A stretch of DNA of 64,000 nt from Calditrichia bacterium (GTDB lineage Bacteria; Calditrichota; Calditrichia; JAJRVZ01). This document shows, one piece after another, positions 44,724 through 57,186 of the stretch. The stretch is from contig CAWCNS010000016.1 in NCBI GenBank assembly GCA_963796965.1, positions 256,001-320,000 on the forward strand, read 5' to 3'. Position 1 is the first letter of the stretch, and every line of letters starts with the position of its first letter. Below the pieces are notes generated by a model. It made no database searches and was not told where the DNA came from. It was given only the letters and a program-made list of their open reading frames with translations. A program made the position numbers and the translations under genes.

Positions 44724-45359
44724 ATGACAGTTATTGATCTCTCGCATACAATCTCACCTGAAATGCCTGTTTATCCCGGGACAGAACCGCCGGTATTTGA
44801 TATCCCTGTTTCAATAGAGAAAGATGGCTTTTTAGAGAAAAAAATTACCTTATTTTCACATACAGGAACACATGTGGATGCCCCTGCCCACATGTGTGAA
44901 GGCGCCCTTACGCTAGACAAAATGAATGTCGATAATTTTGTGGGAGAAGGATTTATTATTGATGTTTATGGGCTACAGAACACGACTATAGAAAAAAGAG
45001 CACTTCTTCCATTTAAGGATAAATTGCAAAACACAGATTTTGTTCTCTTCTATTCGGGATGGAGTGAGAACTGGGGGAGCGAGAAGTATTTTACTGAATA
45101 CCCGGTTCTTAGTGAAGAAGCTGCTGAATGGATCTGTGAATTTAATTTGAAAGGTATTGGTATTGATATGATTTCCGTTGATCCTGTAGATTCACCCAAT
45201 ATGCAGGTTCACCAGGCTTTATTTAAACATAATCTTATCATTATTGAGAATCTCACCAATCTTGCTGCCATAATAAAGAATGAATTTACCTTTTTATGTT
45301 TACCAATAAGAATAGATGAGGCTGATGGAGCACCAACGCGCGCAATTGCCATCTTTTAA
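44724..45359 (+). CDS. Cyclase family protein (kynurenine formamidase-like)
   Basis: HTGTHVDAPAH, GIDMISVD, IIENL, DGAPTRA. Confidence 0.88.
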   Translation: MTVIDLSHTISPEMPVYPGTEPPVFDIPVSIEKDGFLEKKITLFSHTGTHVDAPAHMCEGALTLDKMNVDNFVGEGFIIDVYGLQNTTIEKRALLPFKDKLQNTDFVLFYSGWSENWGSEKYFTEYPVLSEEAAEWICEFNLKGIGIDMISVDPVDSPNMQVHQALFKHNLIIIENLTNLAAIIKNEFTFLCLPIRIDEADGAPTRAIAIF

Positions 45360-45603
45360 TGGGTAATATATCAAGGTCCGATTAAAATTTTTAAAATTCT
45401 TCAAATAAAATTCAAAAAAATATAGTTGTATTCTTTGTCTTTTGTAAATCGACTTTCTAAATTGTATATCTGATTTTAAAATTAAATTGTTTCACGCAAT
45501 GGCGCAAAGAGCAAAAAGCATAGCAAGGTTGGATTTTCTCATATGCTCTCTGCTCCATGCGCTTTGCTTTTTGTATCTTTGTTAAATATTATATACTAAA
45601 TAG

Positions 45604-46872
<1,269 letters not shown>

Positions 46873-46955
46873 GCAAAATAATAAAATCATACTCCGGGAT
46901 GATAAATTTATGTAATCATCTTGCGGTTTCGAGTAAAAAATCTCTCCTTATGAGT

Positions 46956-46984
46956 AAAAAGACGTCTATAATGGGCGTCTTTTT
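46956..46984 (+). terminator. Probable intrinsic terminator after ahcY
   Basis: AAAAAGACGTCT-ATAAT-GGGCGTCTTTTT. Confidence 0.65.
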
Positions 46985-47098
46985 ATCTATTCATGTTTGC
47001 CTCATCCCCCTGCCACTATATATTTTAAATACCTTTATATTAGTCAATAACAATATTTATCGTATACTTTTTGATATTTTATTTATATAATATTATAT

Positions 47099-47114
47099 TT
47101 GAGCAACTGTTCAA
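47099..47114. promoter_or_regulatory. ArsR/SmtB-type operator palindrome
   Basis: TTGAGCA-AC-TGTTCAA directly upstream of the RBS of the ArsR gene. Confidence 0.6.
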
Positions 47115-47127
47115 GTGAGGATGTGTT

Positions 47128-47493
47128 ATGATTCTTGAAAATAGTCATGCAGACAAAGATCATCTAACGAATGCAGAACGTATTCAGCATGTGCAGGACC
47201 AGTTACCTGATAATAACAGGTTGGATGATATGGCACAACTCTTTAGCATGCTTGCTGATCCTACGCGTTTGAAAATCGTAATAGCACTCAAAATAGCGGA
47301 ACTATGTGTACATGAAATATCCGAAACAATCAATTTATCGGTTTCAGCTGTTTCCCATCAGCTTCGTCTCCTAAAAACGGCAAAATTGGTAAGGAGCAGA
47401 CGTGCAGGGAAAATGATTTACTATGCCCTAGATGATGAGCATATAAGCCAATTATTATTACTTGTAAATACACATGTCAGAGAAAATAATTAA
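47128..47493 (+). CDS. ArsR/SmtB family metalloregulator
   Basis: ADPTRLKI, ELCVHEI, SAVSHQLRLL, YYALDDEHI. Confidence 0.93.
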   Translation: MILENSHADKDHLTNAERIQHVQDQLPDNNRLDDMAQLFSMLADPTRLKIVIALKIAELCVHEISETINLSVSAVSHQLRLLKTAKLVRSRRAGKMIYYALDDEHISQLLLLVNTHVRENN

Positions 47494-47511
47494 ACTGGGT
47501 TATTATTAAAA

Positions 47512-49599
47512 ATGAAAGTTACAAAGGAATATCGTATAGAGGGGATGGACTGTGCTGACTGTGCCCGGCATTTGCAAGAAGCCGTGAGTAAGGTAGATGG
47601 GATTGGGACAGTTACAGTTAATTTTGTCAGCGGTAAGATGAGTCTTACAACCACAGATCAGCCCCCTTCTGACCAGAGAATATTTAATACTGTAAAAAAA
47701 TCGGGTTATAGAGCATACTCAACTTCGACTTCTTCTGAAGGTATGCGACCCACTCGGTGGATTCTATTAGTAATATCGGGTTTATTTTTGCTTAGTGGCC
47801 TAATTCTGGAATCTCTTTTCCTTTCTGAGGTCATGAGCAAACTGGCCCTTGCTTGCGGTATTCTTTTCGGAGGTATACCCATTGCAAAAAAAGCAGTATT
47901 GGAGGCCAGAAATCGAAGACCAGGAATGAACTTCCTGATGAGCATGGCAATCATTGGCGCCATATTTATCGGAGAATGGCTGGAAGCCGGTACGGTGGTT
48001 TTTTTATTTGCCCTGGCTCAGTTCCTTGAGGCGCGCAGTATGGAAAAAGCCCGAAGATCAGTTAACAGATTGATGGATGAAACGCCAAAGACGGCACACC
48101 TGATCTATGGGAAAGAGACTAAGGATATTCCTATTGAGGAAATAAAACCCGGAGATCATGTTGCGATCAAGCCAGGAGAAAAAATCCCGGCGGATGGAAT
48201 TATTGTTGAAGGAGCATCTTTTATAGATCAGGCCACAATTACGGGTGAGAGTTTGCCGGTTCAAAGAAACAAAGGTGAAAAGGTATATGCAGGTACGCTT
48301 AATAAGGATGGATATCTGGAAATCGAGGTAAATCGTTCATATGATGATTCCACTTTTTCACGAATTATACATTTAGTTGTGGAAGCCCAAACAAAAAAGG
48401 CTGAAAAGCAGATATTTATAGATAGATTTGCTGAATATTATACACCCGGCGTATTTCTGATGGCAGTATCGGTCGCAATAATCCCACCGTTACTATTTGA
48501 TCTCCAGTGGGAAGTGTGGTTCTATCGTGCATTGGTTATGCTGGTCATTGCCTGTCCCTGTGCATTGGTAATTTCCACACCTGTTACCATTATATCCGGT
48601 CTGACGGCGGCAATCAGACGGGGTGTGTTGATTAAAGGCGGTGTATTTCTCGAAAATTTCTCACGCATTAAAGCAATAGCTTTTGATAAAACCGGAACTT
48701 TGACAGAGGGGCGACCGGTGGTGCATGAAGTTATTGCTATAAATAACCAGGAGCGTGACGACTTGCTGGCCATTGCAGGATCGCTGGAAGAAAAATCACA
48801 ACATCCTATTGCTGAAGCAGTGGTTACTTTTGTGGAACAAGAGGGCATAAAGTTTCAGGAAGTAAGTAATTTTAGATCGTTAGATGGGAAGGGTGTTGAG
48901 GGAATAATTAATGGAAAATCCTATTTGCTAGGTAACCATAGATTGTTTGAGGAAAAGGGATGGTGTGATGAAAATATGCACCACAGGTTAGAAAAAGTAG
49001 AAGATGAGAGTCATACGGCAGTACTGGTCGGAAATGAACATTCAGTTATGGGTATCTTGTCTATAACTGATGCCTTGCGTCCTCAAAGCAAGATTACGGT
49101 CAGCAATCTTATCAGGAAGGGTGTTGATAAGATTATTATATTAACCGGTGACAATCACCGAACAGCTGAGAAAATTGCGCGATCAGTCGGAATATCCGAT
49201 TATTATGCCGAACTTTTACCAGAAGATAAGGTCCGGGTGATCCAGGAACTTCATGGGAAATATGAGCAGGTGGCCATGGTCGGTGATGGCGTTAATGATG
49301 CCCCATCATTAGCTGCTGCTGATATTGGCATTGCCTTAGGATCCGGAAGTGCTGATGCGGCTTTAGAAACAGCAGATATTGTTTTAATGAAGGATGATTT
49401 GAGTAAACTCGAATACGTAATGGACCTAAGTCATAAAACGATGAGCATTATTAAACAAAATATATTCATCGCACTTGGATTGAAATTCATATTTCTTGCC
49501 CTTGCTCTTCTGGGCCTGGCCACACTTTGGATGGCTGTCTTTGCAGATATGGGAGCCAGTCTCATTGTTATTTTTAATGGTATGCGCACACTGCGCTAG
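47512..49599 (+). CDS. cadA: Zn/Cd/Pb-exporting P1B-2 ATPase
   Basis: HMA motif GMDCADC, TGES, CPC, DKTGTLT, HP, GDGVNDAP, ADMG. Confidence 0.88.
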   Translation: MKVTKEYRIEGMDCADCARHLQEAVSKVDGIGTVTVNFVSGKMSLTTTDQPPSDQRIFNTVKKSGYRAYSTSTSSEGMRPTRWILLVISGLFLLSGLILESLFLSEVMSKLALACGILFGGIPIAKKAVLEARNRRPGMNFLMSMAIIGAIFIGEWLEAGTVVFLFALAQFLEARSMEKARRSVNRLMDETPKTAHLIYGKETKDIPIEEIKPGDHVAIKPGEKIPADGIIVEGASFIDQATITGESLPVQRNKGEKVYAGTLNKDGYLEIEVNRSYDDSTFSRIIHLVVEAQTKKAEKQIFIDRFAEYYTPGVFLMAVSVAIIPPLLFDLQWEVWFYRALVMLVIACPCALVISTPVTIISGLTAAIRRGVLIKGGVFLENFSRIKAIAFDKTGTLTEGRPVVHEVIAINNQERDDLLAIAGSLEEKSQHPIAEAVVTFVEQEGIKFQEVSNFRSLDGKGVEGIINGKSYLLGNHRLFEEKGWCDENMHHRLEKVEDESHTAVLVGNEHSVMGILSITDALRPQSKITVSNLIRKGVDKIIILTGDNHRTAEKIARSVGISDYYAELLPEDKVRVIQELHGKYEQVAMVGDGVNDAPSLAAADIGIALGSGSADAALETADIVLMKDDLSKLEYVMDLSHKTMSIIKQNIFIALGLKFIFLALALLGLATLWMAVFADMGASLIVIFNGMRTLR

Positions 49600-49789
49600 T
49601 CTTCTATCGGCCAATAAATCTGAGAATTATTGTGCGTATAAGATTTCTATTTGAAAACAATTTTACCCGCAAGACTATCCAGGCTTTTAAATTATTTCTA
49701 TTCCGAAAATTAATATAATCTCACTGAAAACATAAATATTCTTTCCTGCCTGCCGATAATAACTCTAATCTATCATATTATAATCGGCC

Positions 49790-52700
49790 ATGACAAAATC
49801 TAAAACACCATATTTTAAATGTCTCAGTATGAATACAATCATGTTTACCCTAATGCTGATTCATATGATCTCCACAATAGCTAGTGCACAGCGATATCCT
49901 TTCCGGACGTATAATGTTGCGGAGGGCATTTCCCAGTCCCAGATCAATGATATCATCCAGGATTATGATGGATATCTCTGGTTTGCATCAGCAGAGGGAT
50001 TAACACGTTTTAACGGTCATGAATTTAAAACATTTGGCAAATCAGATGGGTTAGCCGGCTCATTGATAAATAAAATTTTGCTGGACAGTGAGGGCAATAT
50101 GTGGCTGGGATACCGTGATAAAGGTGTCTCAAAGTATCTTGTTAAAGAAAAAATATATATACCGGTCTTCCTTCCTGCAGGTCTTGAGACAGCGGATATT
50201 GTAGACATTATAGAGACTGTTGATGGATCATTATTATTTGCCACAGATGATGATGGCGTGTTGATATACCATGAAGGGATATGGAAATTAATAGATGATG
50301 ATGAGGGCCTCCCGTCGAATAAAGTTTTTTCATTATGCTCTGTCAACGATAAAATCTGGATAGGAACCGCGAGAGGTCTTTGCATATTAAGCGGGGATCA
50401 ATTTGAAGTTGACACAACGTCATATAAAAGTAACTTTACCCGCTTTGCAGATGAGGAAATTTCTGCATTGATGTGTGATCATGAAGAAAATATTTGGATA
50501 AGTACAGCAGGATCGGGAATTTTCCGCTTCATCCCCAATTCCGAGACGAATGGAGAGGATACATTATTAAATGTATCTGAATTACTAAACCTTCCTCAAA
50601 TATTCCCCCAATGTATTATTGAGGATCAGGAGCAGAACATTTGGGTCGGGACAAAAGAAAAGGGTGTTATCAGGTTTGGTAGTGATATTTTTGGTAAAGA
50701 TTCAGTATTTGTGATCATTAATAAACAAAATGGGCTCGACCGTGTGGATATCTCAACCATATTTCAGGATAGTGAAGGTTCGTTCTGGTTTGGATCTAAT
50801 GGAGGAGGTGTATATCAGTATAGGGGAAATTGTTTTGAAAAGTACGGTGAAATGGAAGGATTACTCGACGATGTTATTTGGGCAATATTTGAAGACCAAC
50901 AAGGTGGATTTTGGTTCGGTTCTGAAAATGGACTGACCCATGTTAAGAATGGGGAAGATTGGCAAGATTTTTATTATTTCTCATCAGATCAGTGGCAGGG
51001 TAGTAGAAGTATTCTGGATATTGATGCGGATTTAAATGGAAATCTTTGGTTGGTTGTGCATAATTCGGGTATACGCGTATTAAATTCAAGGACCAAATTG
51101 TTCAGTAAAGTACCGGAGTTGGAAGATAAAAAGGTTATCTGTATTGAAAGAGGAAATGCTAACGATTTCTGGTTCGGCACTTTTGACAATGGCACTTTCT
51201 ACATGGATCTTGATTCAGGAATTGTGATTAATTATAAAGCTGATGATGGATTGGCGAGCAATACTGTTTACGATATTATCAAATCATCAAAAGGGGACAT
51301 ATGGTTTGCAACAAATAATGCCGGTATAACGAAATACGATGGATCAAAATTTATTAATTATGGTAGGAGTTCCACATTTGAAAATAGTTCTGTCCTTACC
51401 CTGGCCGAAAATTCCAAAGGGGATATCTGGATTGGTACAGAGGGTGAAGGCCTGTTCCGGTTTGATGGACAGAAATTTGAGAGTTATTCTCAAAAGTATG
51501 GCTTGTGGAAGGACGATATCTATTCTGTAGTTTGCGATGATCAGGACAATGTATTTATTGGTACGCGAAGAGGAATCGAAAAATTTAGTCCAAGTGATAG
51601 TCTGACAAAGAAATTCGGAAAAGTTGAAGGTTTTTCAGCAGTTGAGACCAATCAAAACTCAGTGTATAAAGATGCTGCGGGTCGCCTCTGGTTCGGTACT
51701 ATTCAGGGTGCGATAAGATATAATCCGGCAAGTGAGCGGCGAAATAATGTACCGCCCAAAACATATATCGATAATGTCCGTGTATTTCTACAGGATCAGC
51801 CTTTACCTGTTGACAGTTCATATGTGCATACCGATAATCATTTAACATTCAATTATACAGGTCTTAGTTTTGTAGCCCCGGAAGATATAAAATACAGCTA
51901 TTTACTGGAAGGTTTGGATCGCGATTGGTCCCCCTTGTCTTCAGAGCGGTACGCTACCTATGCAAATCTATCACCTGGTGAGTATACGTTTAAAGTAAAA
52001 TCCATTAATAGTGAGTCCATCTGGAGTAAGGAACCCGCGTCTTATAAATTTTCAATAAGGACACCTTTTTGGCAAAAGAGCTGGTTCTATGTGCTTTTAG
52101 TTTTTAGCATAGGTGCGATAATTTATGGATCCCATCGATATCATGTTCGCAAGATTTACAAGAACAATTTGCTCTTAGAAAAGATGGTTCATTCACGGAC
52201 CAGTGATCTGGTTACAGAGAAGGAAAAAGCCCAGGAAGCTTTTAATGCACTCAGGGAAAGTGAACAAAAGTTAAAACAGGTGACGGAAAGCATAAATGCT
52301 TATCTTTGGAGTTTGAATATTGATGATTCAGGCAACCTGGAGAATACATTCATTACAGATACCTTTTTTAAGATTGTTGGTTATGATCGTCATGAATTCC
52401 CACAAGCAAAAAATAAAATGGAAAGGTTTTTGAAAATTGTCCACGAGGATGACAGACAGTATATTAGGGAATCATTTATACGGGCAAAAAAAGGTGAGAC
52501 AATTAACCTGAATTATCGAATCGTTAGCAAAGAACAAGAATACCACTGGCATTATATTCATGCTTTTCCGATAGAAGACGTCCAGGGGAAAGTTAATCTT
52601 ATCCATGGTGTGGGATTTGATATTACGAACCGTAAACTGGCCGAAGAAGCATTGCGTAAAAGCGAAGAAAAATATGCAACATTTTTGCGCTATAGTACAG

Positions 52701-54592
52701 AAGCCATCTGGTGTGTTGATCTTAAAGAGCCAATTCCGGTAACATTACCCGTCGAAGATCAAATTGAGCGAATTCTCCACGATGCTTACCTTTCCGATTG
52801 TAACGATGCGATGGCCAATTTGTATGGATATAATTTAGCCATTGAGATCATTGGATTACCTCTTAGTGCCGGGTTGTTAAGGGATGTGCCGGAAAATAGA
52901 CAATACCTCCATCAATTCATTGAATCCGGTTATCGTTTAAGAAATGCAGAATTTAAAGAGCTCGATAATTCGGGAAACGTAAAGATTATGTTAGTTGGTT
53001 TTGTTGGGATTCTAGAAAAGGGTCATTTGGTAAGGGCCTGGGGAATGCAGCGTGATATTACCGAACAAAGACGTGCTGAAGAAGCGCTGAGAGAAAGTGA
53101 GGAGATGTACCGCAGGCTCATCGAGCGTTCACCTGATACAATTATTGTACACAGTGAAGGAAAAATTGATTATATCAATTCGGCAGGAGTAAAACTTTAT
53201 GGGGGAAAGCATGTATCAGATTTCCTGGGGCATAAGTTGAAAGAATTCTCTCATTCTGATTTTTGGGAGTTAGGGCAGATGCGAATTCAGCAAATATATC
53301 AGGAAAAAAGAGAAGTTAGCCTGATGGAACAAAAAATGGTTCGTCTTGATGGTACTGAATTTGACGTAGAGGTTATGGGCGCACCAATAATTTATAATGG
53401 CAGGGCCAGTGGACAATCAATTGTACGTGACATCACTGAACGCAAAAAAATGGAAGCAGAAATACAAAAAGGTCAAAAACTGGATTCGGTAGGAATTCTG
53501 GCAGGAGGTATTGCTCACGATTTTAATAATATTCTTACAGCAATTTTAGGAAATATATCTCTTGGGAAAATGTATACAGAGTCCCATGGAGAAGCGAATG
53601 CCGTATTAAGTGAAGCTGAGAGGGCAACTCTGCGAGCCAAAGATCTAACGCAACAATTGCTTACTTTTTCTAAGGGTGGGGCACCGGTAAAAGAAACCAC
53701 ATCAATATATGAGATTATAAAAGATTCTACAAATTTTGTACTACGCGGATCAAATATTGATGCTGACTATGAGTGTCCTTCAAATTTATGGTCTGTGGAT
53801 GTAGATGCTGCCCAAATTAGTCAGGTCATACAAAACCTGATTATTAACGCCGAACAAGCTATGCCAGATGGTAAGAGAATATTAATTAGACTAGAAAATA
53901 AAGAGCTGAAAAAACCAATCTTTCCAAACATGCAACCGGGAAAATTTGTTGAGGTCAGAATAATAGATAAGGGGATTGGAATATCTGATGAACATCTGAG
54001 CAAAATATTTGATCCTTATTTTACAACGAAGCAAAAAGGTAGTGGTCTTGGTTTGGCCACCTCGTATTCCATAATCATCCGTCATGGTGGCCATATCAAT
54101 ATTACCTCTCAAATGGGGAAGGGAACAGAGGTCCTCATATATATTCCGGCTTCAGATAAACAGGTGCCTGAGAAAAAAATTGATGAAGATAAGATCCTTT
54201 CAGGCAATGGGCGAATACTTGTAATGGATGATGAGAGGTTGTTGCTCCAACTGTCAGAACAGTTTCTCAGCCATCTTGGATATCAGGTGACTACTGTAAC
54301 CGACGGCGAAAATGCCATAAAAGAATATAGGAGAGCGAGTCAGGAAGGTTCACCATTTTCATTGGTGATTATGGATTTAACGATACCGGGAGGAATGGGA
54401 GGTAAGGAAACCATCAAGGAATTAAGGAAAATTGATCCTAATGTAAGGGCAGTTGTTTCAAGTGGTTATTCAAATGATCCGGTGATGGCAAACTATATGG
54501 AATTTGGATTTCAGGCAGTTTTGACCAAACCCTACAAAATTGAAACCATGAGTTCTGTAATCGCTGAGGTTGTAAATGAGCATTCAGCATAA
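49790..54592 (+). CDS. Hybrid sensor histidine kinase (two-component propeller, Y_Y_Y, TM, three PAS, HisKA, HATPase, REC)
   Basis: Repeated DxxGxxWxG blades; YANLSPGEYTFKVK; RDITE motifs; AHDFNNIL; FTTKQKGSGLGL; LVIMDLTIPG. Confidence 0.92.
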   Translation: MTKSKTPYFKCLSMNTIMFTLMLIHMISTIASAQRYPFRTYNVAEGISQSQINDIIQDYDGYLWFASAEGLTRFNGHEFKTFGKSDGLAGSLINKILLDSEGNMWLGYRDKGVSKYLVKEKIYIPVFLPAGLETADIVDIIETVDGSLLFATDDDGVLIYHEGIWKLIDDDEGLPSNKVFSLCSVNDKIWIGTARGLCILSGDQFEVDTTSYKSNFTRFADEEISALMCDHEENIWISTAGSGIFRFIPNSETNGEDTLLNVSELLNLPQIFPQCIIEDQEQNIWVGTKEKGVIRFGSDIFGKDSVFVIINKQNGLDRVDISTIFQDSEGSFWFGSNGGGVYQYRGNCFEKYGEMEGLLDDVIWAIFEDQQGGFWFGSENGLTHVKNGEDWQDFYYFSSDQWQGSRSILDIDADLNGNLWLVVHNSGIRVLNSRTKLFSKVPELEDKKVICIERGNANDFWFGTFDNGTFYMDLDSGIVINYKADDGLASNTVYDIIKSSKGDIWFATNNAGITKYDGSKFINYGRSSTFENSSVLTLAENSKGDIWIGTEGEGLFRFDGQKFESYSQKYGLWKDDIYSVVCDDQDNVFIGTRRGIEKFSPSDSLTKKFGKVEGFSAVETNQNSVYKDAAGRLWFGTIQGAIRYNPASERRNNVPPKTYIDNVRVFLQDQPLPVDSSYVHTDNHLTFNYTGLSFVAPEDIKYSYLLEGLDRDWSPLSSERYATYANLSPGEYTFKVKSINSESIWSKEPASYKFSIRTPFWQKSWFYVLLVFSIGAIIYGSHRYHVRKIYKNNLLLEKMVHSRTSDLVTEKEKAQEAFNALRESEQKLKQVTESINAYLWSLNIDDSGNLENTFITDTFFKIVGYDRHEFPQAKNKMERFLKIVHEDDRQYIRESFIRAKKGETINLNYRIVSKEQEYHWHYIHAFPIEDVQGKVNLIHGVGFDITNRKLAEEALRKSEEKYATFLRYSTEAIWCVDLKEPIPVTLPVEDQIERILHDAYLSDCNDAMANLYGYNLAIEIIGLPLSAGLLRDVPENRQYLHQFIESGYRLRNAEFKELDNSGNVKIMLVGFVGILEKGHLVRAWGMQRDITEQRRAEEALRESEEMYRRLIERSPDTIIVHSEGKIDYINSAGVKLYGGKHVSDFLGHKLKEFSHSDFWELGQMRIQQIYQEKREVSLMEQKMVRLDGTEFDVEVMGAPIIYNGRASGQSIVRDITERKKMEAEIQKGQKLDSVGILAGGIAHDFNNILTAILGNISLGKMYTESHGEANAVLSEAERATLRAKDLTQQLLTFSKGGAPVKETTSIYEIIKDSTNFVLRGSNIDADYECPSNLWSVDVDAAQISQVIQNLIINAEQAMPDGKRILIRLENKELKKPIFPNMQPGKFVEVRIIDKGIGISDEHLSKIFDPYFTTKQKGSGLGLATSYSIIIRHGGHINITSQMGKGTEVLIYIPASDKQVPEKKIDEDKILSGNGRILVMDDERLLLQLSEQFLSHLGYQVTTVTDGENAIKEYRRASQEGSPFSLVIMDLTIPGGMGGKETIKELRKIDPNVRAVVSSGYSNDPVMANYMEFGFQAVLTKPYKIETMSSVIAEVVNEHSA

Positions 54593-54751
54593 TTCACTAA
54601 TATATATCTTTTTGTCCTAAAATCTACCAAGAAACTCCGATAATTTTCAAAATCTAACCTTACTTTTGCTTGAAAAGAAAATAGTATTTTCTTACCTTAA
54701 AATCTTTGCTTTAATGACAATAAATCAATTATTGTGTTCTAAGGAGGAGAA

Positions 54752-56839
54752 TTGAAAAATTATAAAACAGATCAATTAAGAAATGTAGCCTTAGGGGCAC
54801 ATGGCGGTGCGGGTAAAACCACTCTGGCTGAGGCAATGCTTTTTAATATGGGTGAAATTAGCCGGATTGGTTCTATTGAGCAAGGTACGACTACTTCTGA
54901 TTATGATCAGGATGAGATGGAACGTCAAATATCCATTAATACATCGATGTTACATGGTGAATGGAATGATCACAAATTGAATATTATTGACACCCCTGGA
55001 TATCCTGATTTCTTTGGTGAAGTAGTTGGTGCTTTTCGAGCAGTAGAAAGTGTTATGATAGTTATTTCAGCAACTGGAGGGGTCGAGGTTGGGACAGAAC
55101 TTATCTGGGAGGAAGCGAAAAAACTTGGTTTACCGCGAATAATGGTAATTAATAAACTGGATAAGGAGAATCTTGATTATGATAGTGTCTTGACATCTCT
55201 TCAGGAGAGTTTTGGGCATCAGGTTGTGAGTGCGCAATTTCCTGTTAATGTTGGACCTGGTTTTAACAGTATTGTAGATCTTATTCGCATGAAGTTAATG
55301 AAATTCAACACAGACGGCAGCGGCAAATATTCTGAAGAAGCAATACCTGACGATTTGAAGGTAAAAGCGGATGATCTTCATCTGAAACTGATCGAAGCAG
55401 TTGCAGAGAGTGATGATTCATTAATGGAAAAATATTTTGAAGCAGGTGAATTAACCGAAGATGAATTCAGGGCTGGTTTGCGGAAAGCAATTCTGGCTAA
55501 TGAGGTCTATCCGGTTTTTTGTACATCAGCAACTGATAATATTGGTGTTCGCAGGTTAAATGATGTTATTGCCAACTTTGCTCCCGCTCCCTGTGACATT
55601 AAAACAATTCCTGCATTAGATAGCAATGATAAAGATGTCGAAATCTCCTGTGAAATTACCGGATCTGCATCGGCCATGGTATTTAAAACTATTTCTGAGG
55701 ATCATGTCGGTGAATTATCTTATCTAAAGGTGTTTTCTGGAGCGGTAAAGGCTGGCGATGATATGCAAAACAGCACGCAAAGTAAATCTGAACGAATCGG
55801 GCAGATGTTTGTCCTGAATGGTCGAAATAAAAGCAGTGTGGATCGCCTTGTTGCTGGTGATATCGGAGCTGTGGTCAAATTAAAGTCTACCCATACGGGT
55901 GATACGCTATGTGATAAAAGCAAGATTATCAAATTTCCAAAGATCGCTTTTCCTAAACCCAGGATCCGGACGGCCATCTTGCCAAAAGCAAAGGGGGACG
56001 AAGATAAAATTAGTGTTGGATTACATACATTACATGAAGAAGATCCAACCTTTGTTTCACAATTTGATCCGGAATTAAAACAAACAATAATTGCTGGTCA
56101 GGGAGAGATGCATCTGGCTATCATATTAAAACGGTTGCATAAAAAATACCATGTGGAAGTATTGGAGGAACCGCCAAAAATTCCATATCGTGAAACCATT
56201 AAAAGCAAGGCAGAAGCGCAAGGAAAGTACAAAAAACAATCGGGTGGACGTGGTCAGTACGGTGACTGCCATTTACGGTTGGAGAAAAAGTCAAGGGGAG
56301 ACGGTTTTGAATTTGTGGATGCTGTTGTAGGAGGAGTTATTCCTGGAAAATTTATCCCTGCTGTTGAAAAAGGTGTAGTGGAGCGAATGGATAAGGGCGT
56401 TATTGCAGGATTTCCAGTAGTTGATGTAAAAGTAACATGCTTTGACGGCAGCTATCATAATGTCGATTCCTCTGAAATGGCTTTTAAAGTGGCTGCCTCA
56501 ATGGGTTTTCAAAAAGCCTTTATGGCTGCAAAACCTGTTCTTATGGAGCCTGTATATGATGTGACAATCAAAGTACCCGATGAGTTTATGGGCGATGTGA
56601 TGGGAGATGTTTCCGGGCGACGTGGAAAGATTATGGGAGTGGACTCAGATGGAAAATTTCAGGTGATCAGAGCTAAAATTCCTCTGGCAGAATTATATAA
56701 ATATTCAACTTCTTTACGATCGATGACTTCGGGGCGGGGAATTCATAACCGTGAGTTCTCTCATTATGAAGATGTCCCTTCTGATGTGGCGGAAAAGATA
56801 ATAGAGCAAGTGAAGAAAGAAAAGGAAGAAGAAGCCTAA
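54752..56839 (+). CDS. fusA: Elongation factor G paralog (EF-G2-like)
   Basis: TTG start after an AAGGAGGAG RBS; AHGGAGKTT, DTPG, NKLD, KQSGGRGQYG, DGSYHNVDSSE; not in a str operon. Confidence 0.9.
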   Translation: MKNYKTDQLRNVALGAHGGAGKTTLAEAMLFNMGEISRIGSIEQGTTTSDYDQDEMERQISINTSMLHGEWNDHKLNIIDTPGYPDFFGEVVGAFRAVESVMIVISATGGVEVGTELIWEEAKKLGLPRIMVINKLDKENLDYDSVLTSLQESFGHQVVSAQFPVNVGPGFNSIVDLIRMKLMKFNTDGSGKYSEEAIPDDLKVKADDLHLKLIEAVAESDDSLMEKYFEAGELTEDEFRAGLRKAILANEVYPVFCTSATDNIGVRRLNDVIANFAPAPCDIKTIPALDSNDKDVEISCEITGSASAMVFKTISEDHVGELSYLKVFSGAVKAGDDMQNSTQSKSERIGQMFVLNGRNKSSVDRLVAGDIGAVVKLKSTHTGDTLCDKSKIIKFPKIAFPKPRIRTAILPKAKGDEDKISVGLHTLHEEDPTFVSQFDPELKQTIIAGQGEMHLAIILKRLHKKYHVEVLEEPPKIPYRETIKSKAEAQGKYKKQSGGRGQYGDCHLRLEKKSRGDGFEFVDAVVGGVIPGKFIPAVEKGVVERMDKGVIAGFPVVDVKVTCFDGSYHNVDSSEMAFKVAASMGFQKAFMAAKPVLMEPVYDVTIKVPDEFMGDVMGDVSGRRGKIMGVDSDGKFQVIRAKIPLAELYKYSTSLRSMTSGRGIHNREFSHYEDVPSDVAEKIIEQVKKEKEEEA

Positions 56840-56892
56840 TAAATAGCTTATATCTCTATTTTATCTGCTAAGGAATAGTCGATCTTACAATA

Positions 56893-57020
56893 GTAACGAC
56901 GCGATTAAGAGAAGAGGCTGTGCAAAAAAGAATTTTGACCACGGAAATACCCCCGTTCTACGGGGGGTAATTCCGTGGTTGATTTTTTATTTTCACTCAA
57001 CCTCTAAATCGCGTTGTTAC
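56893..57020. mobile_element. 128-bp imperfect palindrome, MITE-like
   Basis: Nested arms GTAACGACGCGATT/AATCGCGTTGTTAC, AGAGGCTG/CAACCTCT and ACCACGGAAATACCCCCGT/ACGGGGGGTAATTCCGTGGT. Confidence 0.55.
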
Positions 57021-57186
57021 ATAATTCTGATTGCAAATTTGCTGTTCCAGTATCTTTTCCAATCATATAACGTGTATCCACAAAAACTGGAATGGTAAAG
57101 CACTTCTCTTATTTCATCTTGACCAAATAGATTTATTAGAAATTTATGTTATTTAACCATGGATTGAGTGGAAAAGAAGAATGCAT

